Shown here: positions 54,814 to 62,818 of the stretch, piece by piece
Layout: every line of letters begins with the position of its first letter
Numbering within the stretch: the first letter of the stretch is position 1
NCBI GenBank assembly: GCA_963705705.1
Contig: CAVPKK010000006.1
Coordinates: forward strand, 1 to 64,000
DNA: 64,000 nt
Source: an uncultured bacterium
GTDB taxonomy: Bacteria > Babelota > Babeliae > Babelales > JABCYS01
Direction of reading: 5' to 3'
Made by a program: the position numbers and the translations under genes
The notes under the pieces: model-generated
What the model was told of the DNA's origin: nothing
Databases searched by the model: none
The model's input: only the letters and a program-made list of their open reading frames with translations

Positions 54814-55749
54814 TTATTCTTTCTTCTTTTTCTCTTCGGCTTGCCGGCGAAGGTGTGAGGTCACCATTGGGTCTGGCTCTTGTATTTGCCTGATTGCTGC
54901 GGAAACTTGTCCTCGTACATACGGAGGAACAGGAATTAATAAGATAACCGCATCTAGCGCAGCTGGTATTTGTGGTAGCGCATAGTCAGCTATGATGCGC
55001 GAAAGATCTGGAATGACATTGTATTCACCCAAAGCATTTTGAATCTGGCGGCTTGCTATTGCTCGCTGTTGATGATAAGCCGCAACAAATTGCGCTAACT
55101 GAATGAACTTCTCTGGACAATGTCTAATTTGCTGTAATAAATTCTTCGCCATCATAAAAACTACTGACTGATGGTCGGCATGATATGAATTCAGAAGTAA
55201 TATGCCAAGCTTTCTACCATCCTTTATTTCCTGAGTCACCATAAGTTTAAAGTAGGCGTTAACGGTTGATTGAGGGTTCCAGCGGCCAAGAAAAAAACTG
55301 GTATCGAATAAAAAATCATGTGCTGCCCTAAGAGGAACTAGGGTCTCGACTATTAACTGCAGCATCTCATCTGATCCCCTATTCAGTGCAAGCTGCAGCA
55401 AAACTTGTATTTCCCTGCCACCTTTCACGCCACCAAATACCCCTAAGTCGACAGCAGTCAATAAAAGCTGTTGGGTTCTATCGAGGTAAACGGCTGGGAA
55501 ACTTCCTAGAGATTCACTGAAATCTTGGTTAGTGAAAGGCCTTTCACTAGTCATAAATAAAAGAAACTCAAGGTGAGTCATTATTTCGTTATCACCAGAT
55601 GAAGCAGAGGCTGCGCCTTGTGGGACATAGCTATATGATCGATCCAATGGACTTTCGTCTGTATCGGTATTGCCGGCCGGCTGACTGGTAGCTAATGCGA
55701 GCCCAGGAATAAGCAGAAGGGTAAGTGATAGGCGCTTAAACTTAAACAT
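54814..55749 (-). CDS. Array gene 1: secreted paralogue, subfamily A (EEKKKKE tail)
   Basis: GRKLGILLLNSYHADHQSVVF; NVIPDLSRIIADYA. Confidence 0.85.
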   Translation of the reverse strand: MFKFKRLSLTLLLIPGLALATSQPAGNTDTDESPLDRSYSYVPQGAASASSGDNEIMTHLEFLLFMTSERPFTNQDFSESLGSFPAVYLDRTQQLLLTAVDLGVFGGVKGGREIQVLLQLALNRGSDEMLQLIVETLVPLRAAHDFLFDTSFFLGRWNPQSTVNAYFKLMVTQEIKDGRKLGILLLNSYHADHQSVVFMMAKNLLQQIRHCPEKFIQLAQFVAAYHQQRAIASRQIQNALGEYNVIPDLSRIIADYALPQIPAALDAVILLIPVPPYVRGQVSAAIRQIQEPDPMVTSHLRRQAEEKKKKE

Positions 55750-55776
55750 TGTCTTCCTCCAAATGAATGAACAAAT

Positions 55777-55804
55777 AGTCTATATAAGGCGGCTCCCCTG
55801 TCAA
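55777..55804 (-). promoter_or_regulatory. Putative sigma70 promoter for the 13-gene array
   Basis: Minus strand reads TTGACA-N16-TAGACT, followed by GGAGG RBS and ATG at 55749. Confidence 0.55.
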
Positions 55805-55864
55805 AAGCCCCGGGTGTGTTGGATTCGCGCATTCAGACTATATTTAATGGCCTTTTCAAGGCAC

Positions 55865-55889
55865 AAAAAAAGGCACTCCATTGAGTGCC
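55865..55889 (-). terminator. Intrinsic terminator after 55917..57026
   Basis: GGCACTC-AATG-GAGTGCC hairpin followed by T7 on the minus strand. Confidence 0.75.
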
Positions 55890-55916
55890 CTGATCGAATA
55901 GCCTTATTCTTTAGTG

Positions 55917-57026
55917 CTAGAGCCATCTAACTCTGCCTCGAGAAAGAGCTTGCCACCAAATATTTGACATGATCTTGGCACGTATGACTTCTTCAACATC
56001 GGGATGCATACCCTCTGCATAATCCAAAATTATATGATCGATGATCGCACTGGGCATAAATGGCAAAAGAGTGTCGCGAACATGCGGAACAATACTTTCC
56101 TTTGCTGATGGCAATAACGCGGGCCAGTGAAGGGCATCCACCTCGGTGTTCTCATTTCTCATGCAAGCATAAAGCTTTAGGGCACGGATCAGAATTTTCT
56201 CAATTGCCTCTTTTTCCATTTCTGTTGCACCGGCATGCAACAATTTGCTTATTATAAGCCACCAACGGGCACTCTTGCCAGGGTCAAGAACGGCAGCAAA
56301 CTCACCATGCGCATGTTCATCGGCAATGAGGAGCGGCGTATCATATAAAAAATTGTCATCATACATTAACATCCCATACTCATCCTCCTTATCACATGAG
56401 CGCACTCGTAATGAAGATGTATCGGACCGTTTGTTCATGAATCCATTTGGATCGGCACCGGCATCAATTAAATCGTTTATTAGTGAGTTGCAACCGATCT
56501 CTGTTGCCAGACTCAGAGGCGTAAATACATCATTACAGTAGTCAATGGAAATCTCGGCTTCAGCATTTGGATTAGCGCCATAATTAAGCAGCGCTCTTAT
56601 AATAGGTACAGCAGCTTCTTTATCTCGATCAATGCATTCACCATTATTTTTTTCTTTGCATCTTAGTAATCCGATCATAAGCGCTGGGATTTCCTTTGTC
56701 TTAATCTCTGAATCAAAAAGCCTTAAAAAACGCAAACTCTTAACCAAAGGCATCCATTCATTCGCCCCTTGGTTGTCTGCCGCATTTGGGTCCATACCTT
56801 TTTTTAACCATGGGAGCACATGAGCTATACCACCACACTTGATCAGATGAAGAAACAAGGCTTTTCTCATTGAAGCCTTGTTTGCTTGCCGGTCTGGTCG
56901 GTTGAATTGCCCAATTGTCGGTACCTGGACGACGTTACATGCGTTATTAGTGCCGGCAGGAACCGATGTTGCCATGACTTGAGTTGATGCAAGTAATACT
57001 AGTAAAGATAAGTATTTTAGATTCAT
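55917..57026 (-). CDS. Secreted ankyrin-repeat protein (upstream bracket of the array)
   Basis: Signal peptide ending MATS; IIRALLNYGANPN, FTPLSLA; FMPSAIIDHIILDYA; paralogue of 35335..36438. Confidence 0.85.
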   Translation of the reverse strand: MNLKYLSLLVLLASTQVMATSVPAGTNNACNVVQVPTIGQFNRPDRQANKASMRKALFLHLIKCGGIAHVLPWLKKGMDPNAADNQGANEWMPLVKSLRFLRLFDSEIKTKEIPALMIGLLRCKEKNNGECIDRDKEAAVPIIRALLNYGANPNAEAEISIDYCNDVFTPLSLATEIGCNSLINDLIDAGADPNGFMNKRSDTSSLRVRSCDKEDEYGMLMYDDNFLYDTPLLIADEHAHGEFAAVLDPGKSARWWLIISKLLHAGATEMEKEAIEKILIRALKLYACMRNENTEVDALHWPALLPSAKESIVPHVRDTLLPFMPSAIIDHIILDYAEGMHPDVEEVIRAKIMSNIWWQALSRGRVRWL

Positions 57027-57143
57027 ATAATGCTCCAATAGAATAGTAGTCTATGGAGTGCGACAGTTAGCGTCAAAAGCCTATGCTGACTCAATAAGGC
57101 TACAGCCAATCACTTGTGAAGTAGAGAGGCCGAAGCCTCCCTA

Positions 57144-57491
57144 TTAGTATGTGCTCGATTCATCATCGAAACATGGTATGCGCAATGGTCGACTAGCCCA
57201 CTGAACTTGGTTTGAAAAGTCATGGAAGTCCGCTAGCCGCTGAGCCTCTCGGCGCCGATGCGCTGCCTGCGCCCATGCCTTAGTGCCAAGAAACTTTTTA
57301 CCGATGACCTTTTGGAGATCTGTAGGCAAGTTATTAATTCTTTGCCACAACTCATCTTGGGAAAAAGTTTGCGACAAACGGGTGCAATGGATGGTAGGCG
57401 ATCCTGTATTACTTGTTGCCAGCAAGCCGGACATGGTGATGGTTAATAGAGCTGCGCACAAAAGACGCGCGAAAATAGTAAAAACAAACAT
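57144..57491 (-). CDS. Small secreted protein with an F-box-like segment
   Basis: AAGGA RBS, signal peptide ending LLATS, RINNLPTDLQKVIGKKFL. Confidence 0.6.
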   Translation of the reverse strand: MFVFTIFARLLCAALLTITMSGLLATSNTGSPTIHCTRLSQTFSQDELWQRINNLPTDLQKVIGKKFLGTKAWAQAAHRRREAQRLADFHDFSNQVQWASRPLRIPCFDDESSTY

Positions 57492-57623
57492 AGTTGTTCC
57501 TTAATATAGACATCATTTGAAACAGTCATGCATCGAGACGCATAAAAGCTTTATCTGATGTGAAACATCAAAAAATTAAGTAAACGCGAAAATGGTTAGG
57601 TGAGGGGTATAGTATGTTCTGGC

Positions 57624-57710
57624 TTAGCGCCAGTAATTGATGGAATAGAAAAGATAAGCGCCATAGGCGCCCGATAATGATACAGAAGATTTGAGTGATA
57701 GCATTAACAT
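57624..57710 (-). CDS. Candidate 28-aa Tyr/aromatic-rich upstream ORF
   Basis: MLMLSLKSSVSLSGAYGAYLFYSINYWR with an AGGA RBS and TTGACG-N16-TAGGCT upstream. Confidence 0.35.
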   Translation of the reverse strand: MLMLSLKSSVSLSGAYGAYLFYSINYWR

Positions 57711-57881
57711 GCCGTTTCCTGTAATAATTATCTGAGTAGAGATTACCATAGCCTAGCAGGGGCATTCAACCCGTCAAAGGGGGCGAGACTGCAAATTCTT
57801 GCCTTTTGCAATTGCCATGGTTTATCATTACTATATCAGCAATTATAAGGCATGAATGCCTCCAAACCACACGGAGAACCA

Positions 57882-58001
57882 ATGAACTCCATCATATTCC
57901 CATCTTTCGTACCCGCATTTCCTTCAATTTTTGCTTGCCCATTTTCTGTCCATACTCATCACCATCATATCCATCATCATTGCCATCACGGCAAAAACTA
58001 A
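57882..58001 (+). CDS. Candidate His-rich leader peptide (39 aa)
   Basis: GGAG RBS; MNSIIFPSFVPAFPSIFACPFSVHTHHHHIHHHCHHGKN; ends 89 nt before the symporter start; absent from the ORF track. Confidence 0.7.
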   Translation: MNSIIFPSFVPAFPSIFACPFSVHTHHHHIHHHCHHGKN

Positions 58002-58090
58002 CTCATTCCCTATTTGTAATTTCATTCTTTAAACATTTTTGCGGTCAACGCGGACCTCTGCGTCTCTGCTATTAATCATGGATATTTAAC

Positions 58091-59509
58091 ATGTTTACCT
58101 ATTTATTTCTTGGCCTGCTTGCAGGCTTTGGTGCGTTATATGCTTTTCTTGGTATTCGGGCATCTCGTTCAGTAAAAACAGAAGCTGATTACTACCTTGG
58201 CAATCGTAGTCTTGGTTTTTGGCAAATCACCTGCAATCTCATCGCGACCCAGCTCGGCGGTGGCATGCTCATCGGCACGGCTGAAGAGGCGTATATGAAA
58301 GGATTGTATGGATTGCTCTATACCCTTGGCATGGGCCTAGGTCTTTTATTATTGGCTGGTGGGGTTGCAGCGCGACTGCAGCAATTCAAGGTTACGACTG
58401 CGGCTGAGCTTTTTGGCATGCAATATAAATCTGACAAGCTGCGTAAAATAGCCTCATTGTTATCCATTATCACTCTGTTCGGCATTTTAGTGACGCAAGC
58501 AATTTCATTCCGCAAACTACTCTGCGGCATTGGATTCGCCGATGTCTGGATAAGCAATATATTCTGGCTATCCGTCATTGGGTATACCATGATTGGCGGG
58601 TTAAGGGCGATAACCATCAACGATATGGTTCAGCTTTGTATCATTGTTACTGTCTTTGGCTCATTGTTCGTTGGCATACTGTGGCAAAATCCAACATCGA
58701 TTACCACCCTTTTTTCTGCACAAGCTAATTTTATTGGAACCACACCATCGTTTATGCAGCTAATTCCGATCGCCCTTCTACCGGCACTCTTTTCATTATT
58801 TCAGCAAGATTTGGCTCAGCGATTTTTTGCTGCGCGGTCAATGAAAGTGGCTGCTTCGGCGGCACTCAGCGCAGGTATTTTTTTACTGCTCTTTTCAATT
58901 GTGCCAGTTTATTTTGGCATGCAGGCCAAGTTTTCTGGCTTAAACCAAGCAAATGGTTCGGTATTACTGCAATATATTTCGCAAAATGCTAATCAGTTTA
59001 TGTTCGCATTAGTGGTTTGTGCAATTATTGCCGCGATCATTTCAACCGCCGATGCTCTAATCAATGCTTTAAGCGCAAACATCACAAATGATTTTGATTG
59101 GAAAATTGCTGGGAATAGAAAGCTGGTTGTCGCCAAGTTAGTCTCCGGAGCAGTTGGCCTGGCAGCCTTGGTGATGTCATACCTAATGCCTTCAAATATT
59201 ATTGGCTTGATGATCGACAGTTATGCTATTTCGGTCTGCTGCCTCATCGTTCCCATGATGTATGGGATTTATCAAAAGAAATGCGTTCCTCAAGCGGCAT
59301 ATTGCGCTATTGCTGGTGGACTGATTGCTTTTATCACATTTAGCGTGTTTAATGTTGGCATAGCAAAAGAGTTATTGGCATTAATATTTTCGTGGATTAG
59401 CTATCAGGCAGGAATATGGATCTGGCAAAGAAAAAAATTGGCATCTGGGGATACGGCGTCACCGGAAAATCAGCCATTCCCTTCTTCAAGCAAATCGGCT
59501 GCCAAGTAG
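58091..59509 (+). CDS. Sodium:solute symporter (SSS; PutP/PanF-like)
   Basis: DYYLGNRSL, ATQLGGGMLIG, YTMIGGLRAITINDMVQ, QRFFAARS, AAIISTAD; many TM helices. Confidence 0.92.
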   Translation: MFTYLFLGLLAGFGALYAFLGIRASRSVKTEADYYLGNRSLGFWQITCNLIATQLGGGMLIGTAEEAYMKGLYGLLYTLGMGLGLLLLAGGVAARLQQFKVTTAAELFGMQYKSDKLRKIASLLSIITLFGILVTQAISFRKLLCGIGFADVWISNIFWLSVIGYTMIGGLRAITINDMVQLCIIVTVFGSLFVGILWQNPTSITTLFSAQANFIGTTPSFMQLIPIALLPALFSLFQQDLAQRFFAARSMKVAASAALSAGIFLLLFSIVPVYFGMQAKFSGLNQANGSVLLQYISQNANQFMFALVVCAIIAAIISTADALINALSANITNDFDWKIAGNRKLVVAKLVSGAVGLAALVMSYLMPSNIIGLMIDSYAISVCCLIVPMMYGIYQKKCVPQAAYCAIAGGLIAFITFSVFNVGIAKELLALIFSWISYQAGIWIWQRKKLASGDTASPENQPFPSSSKSAAK

Positions 59510-60747
59510 GGCTAGCTGAGAAAAAAACGCTAACAGCTGAAGAACAGGAACAAATTTCACGCGATAATGTAACATTGTGGCCATATGAGCAGCTTGAACA
59601 ATTCCTTGCTGCTCACGATGCCATTTTTACCAGCGGCAGTATTGATTTGCGTCCGTATAGCCAGTTCGCCCATAAATGGTTAAGCGAAGTTGATATCATT
59701 CAACAATATGCAGGCCAGCGCTTGGGCAATCCGAAGGTTATTGCGATAACTGGTACGGTCGGCAAAACAACCGTTACACGTTTACTGACACATATATTAC
59801 GGTATGCGGGGTACCAAGTAGCTGCGAGCGGCAATGTTGGGTCACCAACTATGCGGGTTAGTTTTGATCTGCTCCTCGAACGAGCGAAAATTGATTATCT
59901 AATTTTAGAGCTTTCCAGTTATCAATTAGAGATCAGCAAAACTTTTGCTCCTAATGTTGCGATTTTGACCAATTTTTACCCCAACCATTTGGATCGCCAT
60001 GGAACTGAGCAGGCATATTTTGATGCAAAGGCGAGGTTATTTATATATCAGACGCCTGAGCAATATGCTGTGCTGCCAATGGAGTTTAGGGATCGGATTG
60101 TGACGAAGGCGAAAGTTTTTGGTGGAACTAAATACGCTTTCTCTATCAATAACGGGGATTCAGAAGGGAGACTCCCTTTTAATGACGCTCCAACTTATCC
60201 CGAAAACATAGCCATCATCGAAAACATCCTACAGGCACTTCAACTAGATCCGCATCTCCTTACACAAGCAAGCGCAACGTTTGAACGAGATGAACATCGT
60301 CTAGAAAAAGTAGCGACGATTAATGGCGTAGAGATATATAATGATTCAAAGTCTACAGTGCCGCAGGCGACGATCGCTGCCGTGCAAGCATTGCAACACA
60401 AACCGATTATTTTGTTATTGGGCGGCGTAAGCAAAGGTGTTGATCGCTCAACATTAATAGATACCATCAAACAATCCTGCAAAATGGATTGCATAAAAAC
60501 GGTAATTTGTTTTGGCGGAGAGGCGGAACAATTACTGGAGGCTACGGTAAATTCTGGAGTAATGGCATTACGCTGTTCAACACTGGAAGAAGCTTGGGCT
60601 CAAGCATTGAAACTTGCACAGCCGGGTGACCAAGTGTTACTATCTCCAGCGGGTGCCAGTTACGATTTATTTAAGGATTATCAGGAACGTGGTACCATGT
60701 TTAAGAAATTAGTTCACCAATCTCAACAAGAGAAAGGATCACTATGA
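59416..60747 (+). CDS. murD: UDP-N-acetylmuramoyl-L-alanine--D-glutamate ligase
   Basis: GYGVTG, AITGTVGKTT, ELSSYQL, NHLDRH, YNDSKST, LLSPAGASYDLFKDYQERG. Confidence 0.96.
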   Translation: MDLAKKKIGIWGYGVTGKSAIPFFKQIGCQVGLAEKKTLTAEEQEQISRDNVTLWPYEQLEQFLAAHDAIFTSGSIDLRPYSQFAHKWLSEVDIIQQYAGQRLGNPKVIAITGTVGKTTVTRLLTHILRYAGYQVAASGNVGSPTMRVSFDLLLERAKIDYLILELSSYQLEISKTFAPNVAILTNFYPNHLDRHGTEQAYFDAKARLFIYQTPEQYAVLPMEFRDRIVTKAKVFGGTKYAFSINNGDSEGRLPFNDAPTYPENIAIIENILQALQLDPHLLTQASATFERDEHRLEKVATINGVEIYNDSKSTVPQATIAAVQALQHKPIILLLGGVSKGVDRSTLIDTIKQSCKMDCIKTVICFGGEAEQLLEATVNSGVMALRCSTLEEAWAQALKLAQPGDQVLLSPAGASYDLFKDYQERGTMFKKLVHQSQQEKGSL

Positions 60748-61358
60748 TTCGGTATATGATCACTGGATTAACGGCAGCTGCGCTTAGCATGGCGCCTGTT
60801 GCCAATGCAGCCGCACCGTCGGTCTTCAATACAGGAAAACCAACCAATAAGCAGGATAAAGGGAAATTAGATTTAATTTCCAGCTGGGATATTGCACCGC
60901 TCTTTCTTTTTACTGGTTCTATGATTTATATGTACACGGTAAAGAAACAATGCAGTGTTCTTGAAGAAACAATAGCCAAACAAAATTCAAGATTCGATAA
61001 ATTCGAAAAAGAAATCGCTACCCTTGAAAAAAGATTTAGAGGCCCCTTCCATGAGGAAGATGAAGATGAAAAAGGCGGCAATCGGCGTCCATCTGAAGGT
61101 TTCGTCCGGATGCCTGGATCATCCCTGAGCAGTGGTTTGCATATGAGCCCACCACCGGCTACAAATTCAAGTGTAACAAGCCCATCAGTTTCATCAGAGG
61201 TTCCGCCCGTTTACCCGAACGTTGCACGAGATGAAGGACGCACAAGTCCAGTTTCACCTATTATGGTGCCAGAACCTGATTCAGAAATGTCTGATTTCAG
61301 TGACGTTGAGGGTGAAGCTCCACCGGCAACAAAGAATGAAGAAAAGAAGAAGGACTAA
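60744..61358 (+). CDS. Hypothetical membrane protein (signal, TM, coiled coil, Ser/Pro-rich tail)
   Basis: ATGA overlap with murD; signal peptide, APLFLFTGSMIYMY TM, ends EEKKKD. Confidence 0.7.
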   Translation: MIRYMITGLTAAALSMAPVANAAAPSVFNTGKPTNKQDKGKLDLISSWDIAPLFLFTGSMIYMYTVKKQCSVLEETIAKQNSRFDKFEKEIATLEKRFRGPFHEEDEDEKGGNRRPSEGFVRMPGSSLSSGLHMSPPPATNSSVTSPSVSSEVPPVYPNVARDEGRTSPVSPIMVPEPDSEMSDFSDVEGEAPPATKNEEKKKD

Positions 61359-61382
61359 ATCTTTTCTATAGTTTTGCTAATC

Positions 61383-61413
61383 AAAAGGCCTGGCATATTG
61401 CCGGGCCTTTTTT
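61383..61413 (+). terminator. Intrinsic terminator
   Basis: AAAAGGCCTGGCA-TAT-TGCCGGGCCTTTTTTT. Confidence 0.85.
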
Positions 61414-61715
61414 TGTGCATTCAATTCTCAATTTTGCAATTCATATATATAAATGCCCAATTGGGTGGACGGAGGAGTGTGACGTAAAAAAAATTATTAA
61501 CAGATAGCTATTGGATAATTTTCTGCGAGTCACAACTTACTCATCTAGCTTTGCCGCGCGTACCCTTTTACCCCAAATTCACCCAAGAGGGAACCCGAGT
61601 TTTGGGGACCCCAATTGAGGCTCAGGACGAGCGGGTTATTCTACCTTCCATGACTGGAGTATAGAGCTCTGCATCTTGAATCTTTGCTTCTGATTAACAA
61701 ACCAAAAAATTGGCA

Positions 61716-61757
61716 CAAAAAAAGGCCATCCCAAGAAAATTATTCTCGGAATGGCCT
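61716..61757 (-). terminator. Intrinsic terminator after 61785..62657
   Basis: AGGCCAT...ATGGCCT stem followed by a T-run on the minus strand. Confidence 0.65.
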
Positions 61758-61784
61758 CTGTAAAATTATATAATCGAAGAAAGA

Positions 61785-62657
61785 TTAATCGTCTTTGCGT
61801 TGGCGGCGAATCTTCTCAACAGTTTCAATTCTGTCAGCTGCGGTCGGCCAGTTATTGAGTAATGAAATTACCGGGGCAGAACCGACTTTGTAAGGCAAGC
61901 CAGCATGTTCATTTTCTTTAGCAATTGCACTCGCAAGAGCCGCAGGCTTTTTTAGATGATGAGCCGCGGTGCGATCCGCGTCATCGATTCTTGACCGTAA
62001 CCATGCTTGGCCACCCAAGGTAATTAGTGCAGCCATAATGGGATTGCGGCGGTATCGCGGATCCGAATTTCTTGTCAGCTGTAGCGAATAATATGGATTG
62101 CATTGTAGAAAGCTGCTGAGCATATAATGCAATCGTACATAGCGATGCTTAATCTGTGAAACTGCCTGGGTTAGATATGCTTCTAACTCATCTTGATTGA
62201 GCATATCAAGCGCATCTTGCGTAATGGTGATGGCAGCATAGCGAGAAGACCATCCATAAACTACGGCATTAATTTTCCCTGTCCAAAGCTTCGCATTAAC
62301 ATCTGCATGATTAATGACATATAGATCTGGCATCGGCACATTCATTTGCTCACACGCTGAACCAACAATTGCATAAACATGTCGGTAGCGTGTTCTATCT
62401 AGTTCTTGCGCCCAGCTCCAAAAATTAGCAAGTTCATAACCGCGTCTAATTATTGTATCGAAATAGAGAAAACCGATCAGACCATCAATGGCACCGCCGA
62501 TTGAAAAACCATCATGGCTTCTTTCTGCTGCTTCTGGTCGCAGGAAAGAAACTTTCTGATTTTGCTTAGACGTGGCACCTTGTTTAGCAGCTGTTACGCT
62601 ACCGGCCACACTAACATTTGCAATAAGTAATAGGGATAAGACTATTCTGTTTTTCAT
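61785..62657 (-). CDS. Secreted HtpX/M48 peptidase homologue lacking HExxH
   Basis: MNVPMPDLYVI, INA, ITITQDALDMLNQDELEAYLTQAVSQIKHR, PAALASAI, WPTAADRI. Confidence 0.75.
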   Translation of the reverse strand: MKNRIVLSLLLIANVSVAGSVTAAKQGATSKQNQKVSFLRPEAAERSHDGFSIGGAIDGLIGFLYFDTIIRRGYELANFWSWAQELDRTRYRHVYAIVGSACEQMNVPMPDLYVINHADVNAKLWTGKINAVVYGWSSRYAAITITQDALDMLNQDELEAYLTQAVSQIKHRYVRLHYMLSSFLQCNPYYSLQLTRNSDPRYRRNPIMAALITLGGQAWLRSRIDDADRTAAHHLKKPAALASAIAKENEHAGLPYKVGSAPVISLLNNWPTAADRIETVEKIRRQRKDD

Positions 62658-62818
62658 ATAGTAATCCAGTAATGATTTAGACATTTGACAACGGACGGGT
62701 AGGCTACCGGAAATTGGTTCGTTGAACAACTGCTTTGCTTTGATTGAGGGCTTGACCATAGCAAGGCCATAGTTATGCTGGCCAAACTAAGCAAAAAAAT
62801 TTCAATAAGGAACTTAAC

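Noticed and set aside
36557..55749. CRISPR array, integron cassette array or diversity-generating retroelement
   Set aside because: The repeats are coding gene termini about 1-2 kb apart. I see no attC-like palindromes, cas genes, integrase, reverse transcriptase or adenine-specific TR/VR pair.
57806..58075. 89-aa ORF from the track upstream of the symporter
   Set aside because: It starts at TTG without an RBS and overlaps the promoter-like element; the His-rich ORF in another frame has an RBS and a biased composition.
60153..60181. Hairpin AAGGGAG-A-CTCCCTT inside murD as another in-frame palindromic insert
   Set aside because: Single short copy with no clear match elsewhere in the window; not supportable without orthologue alignment.
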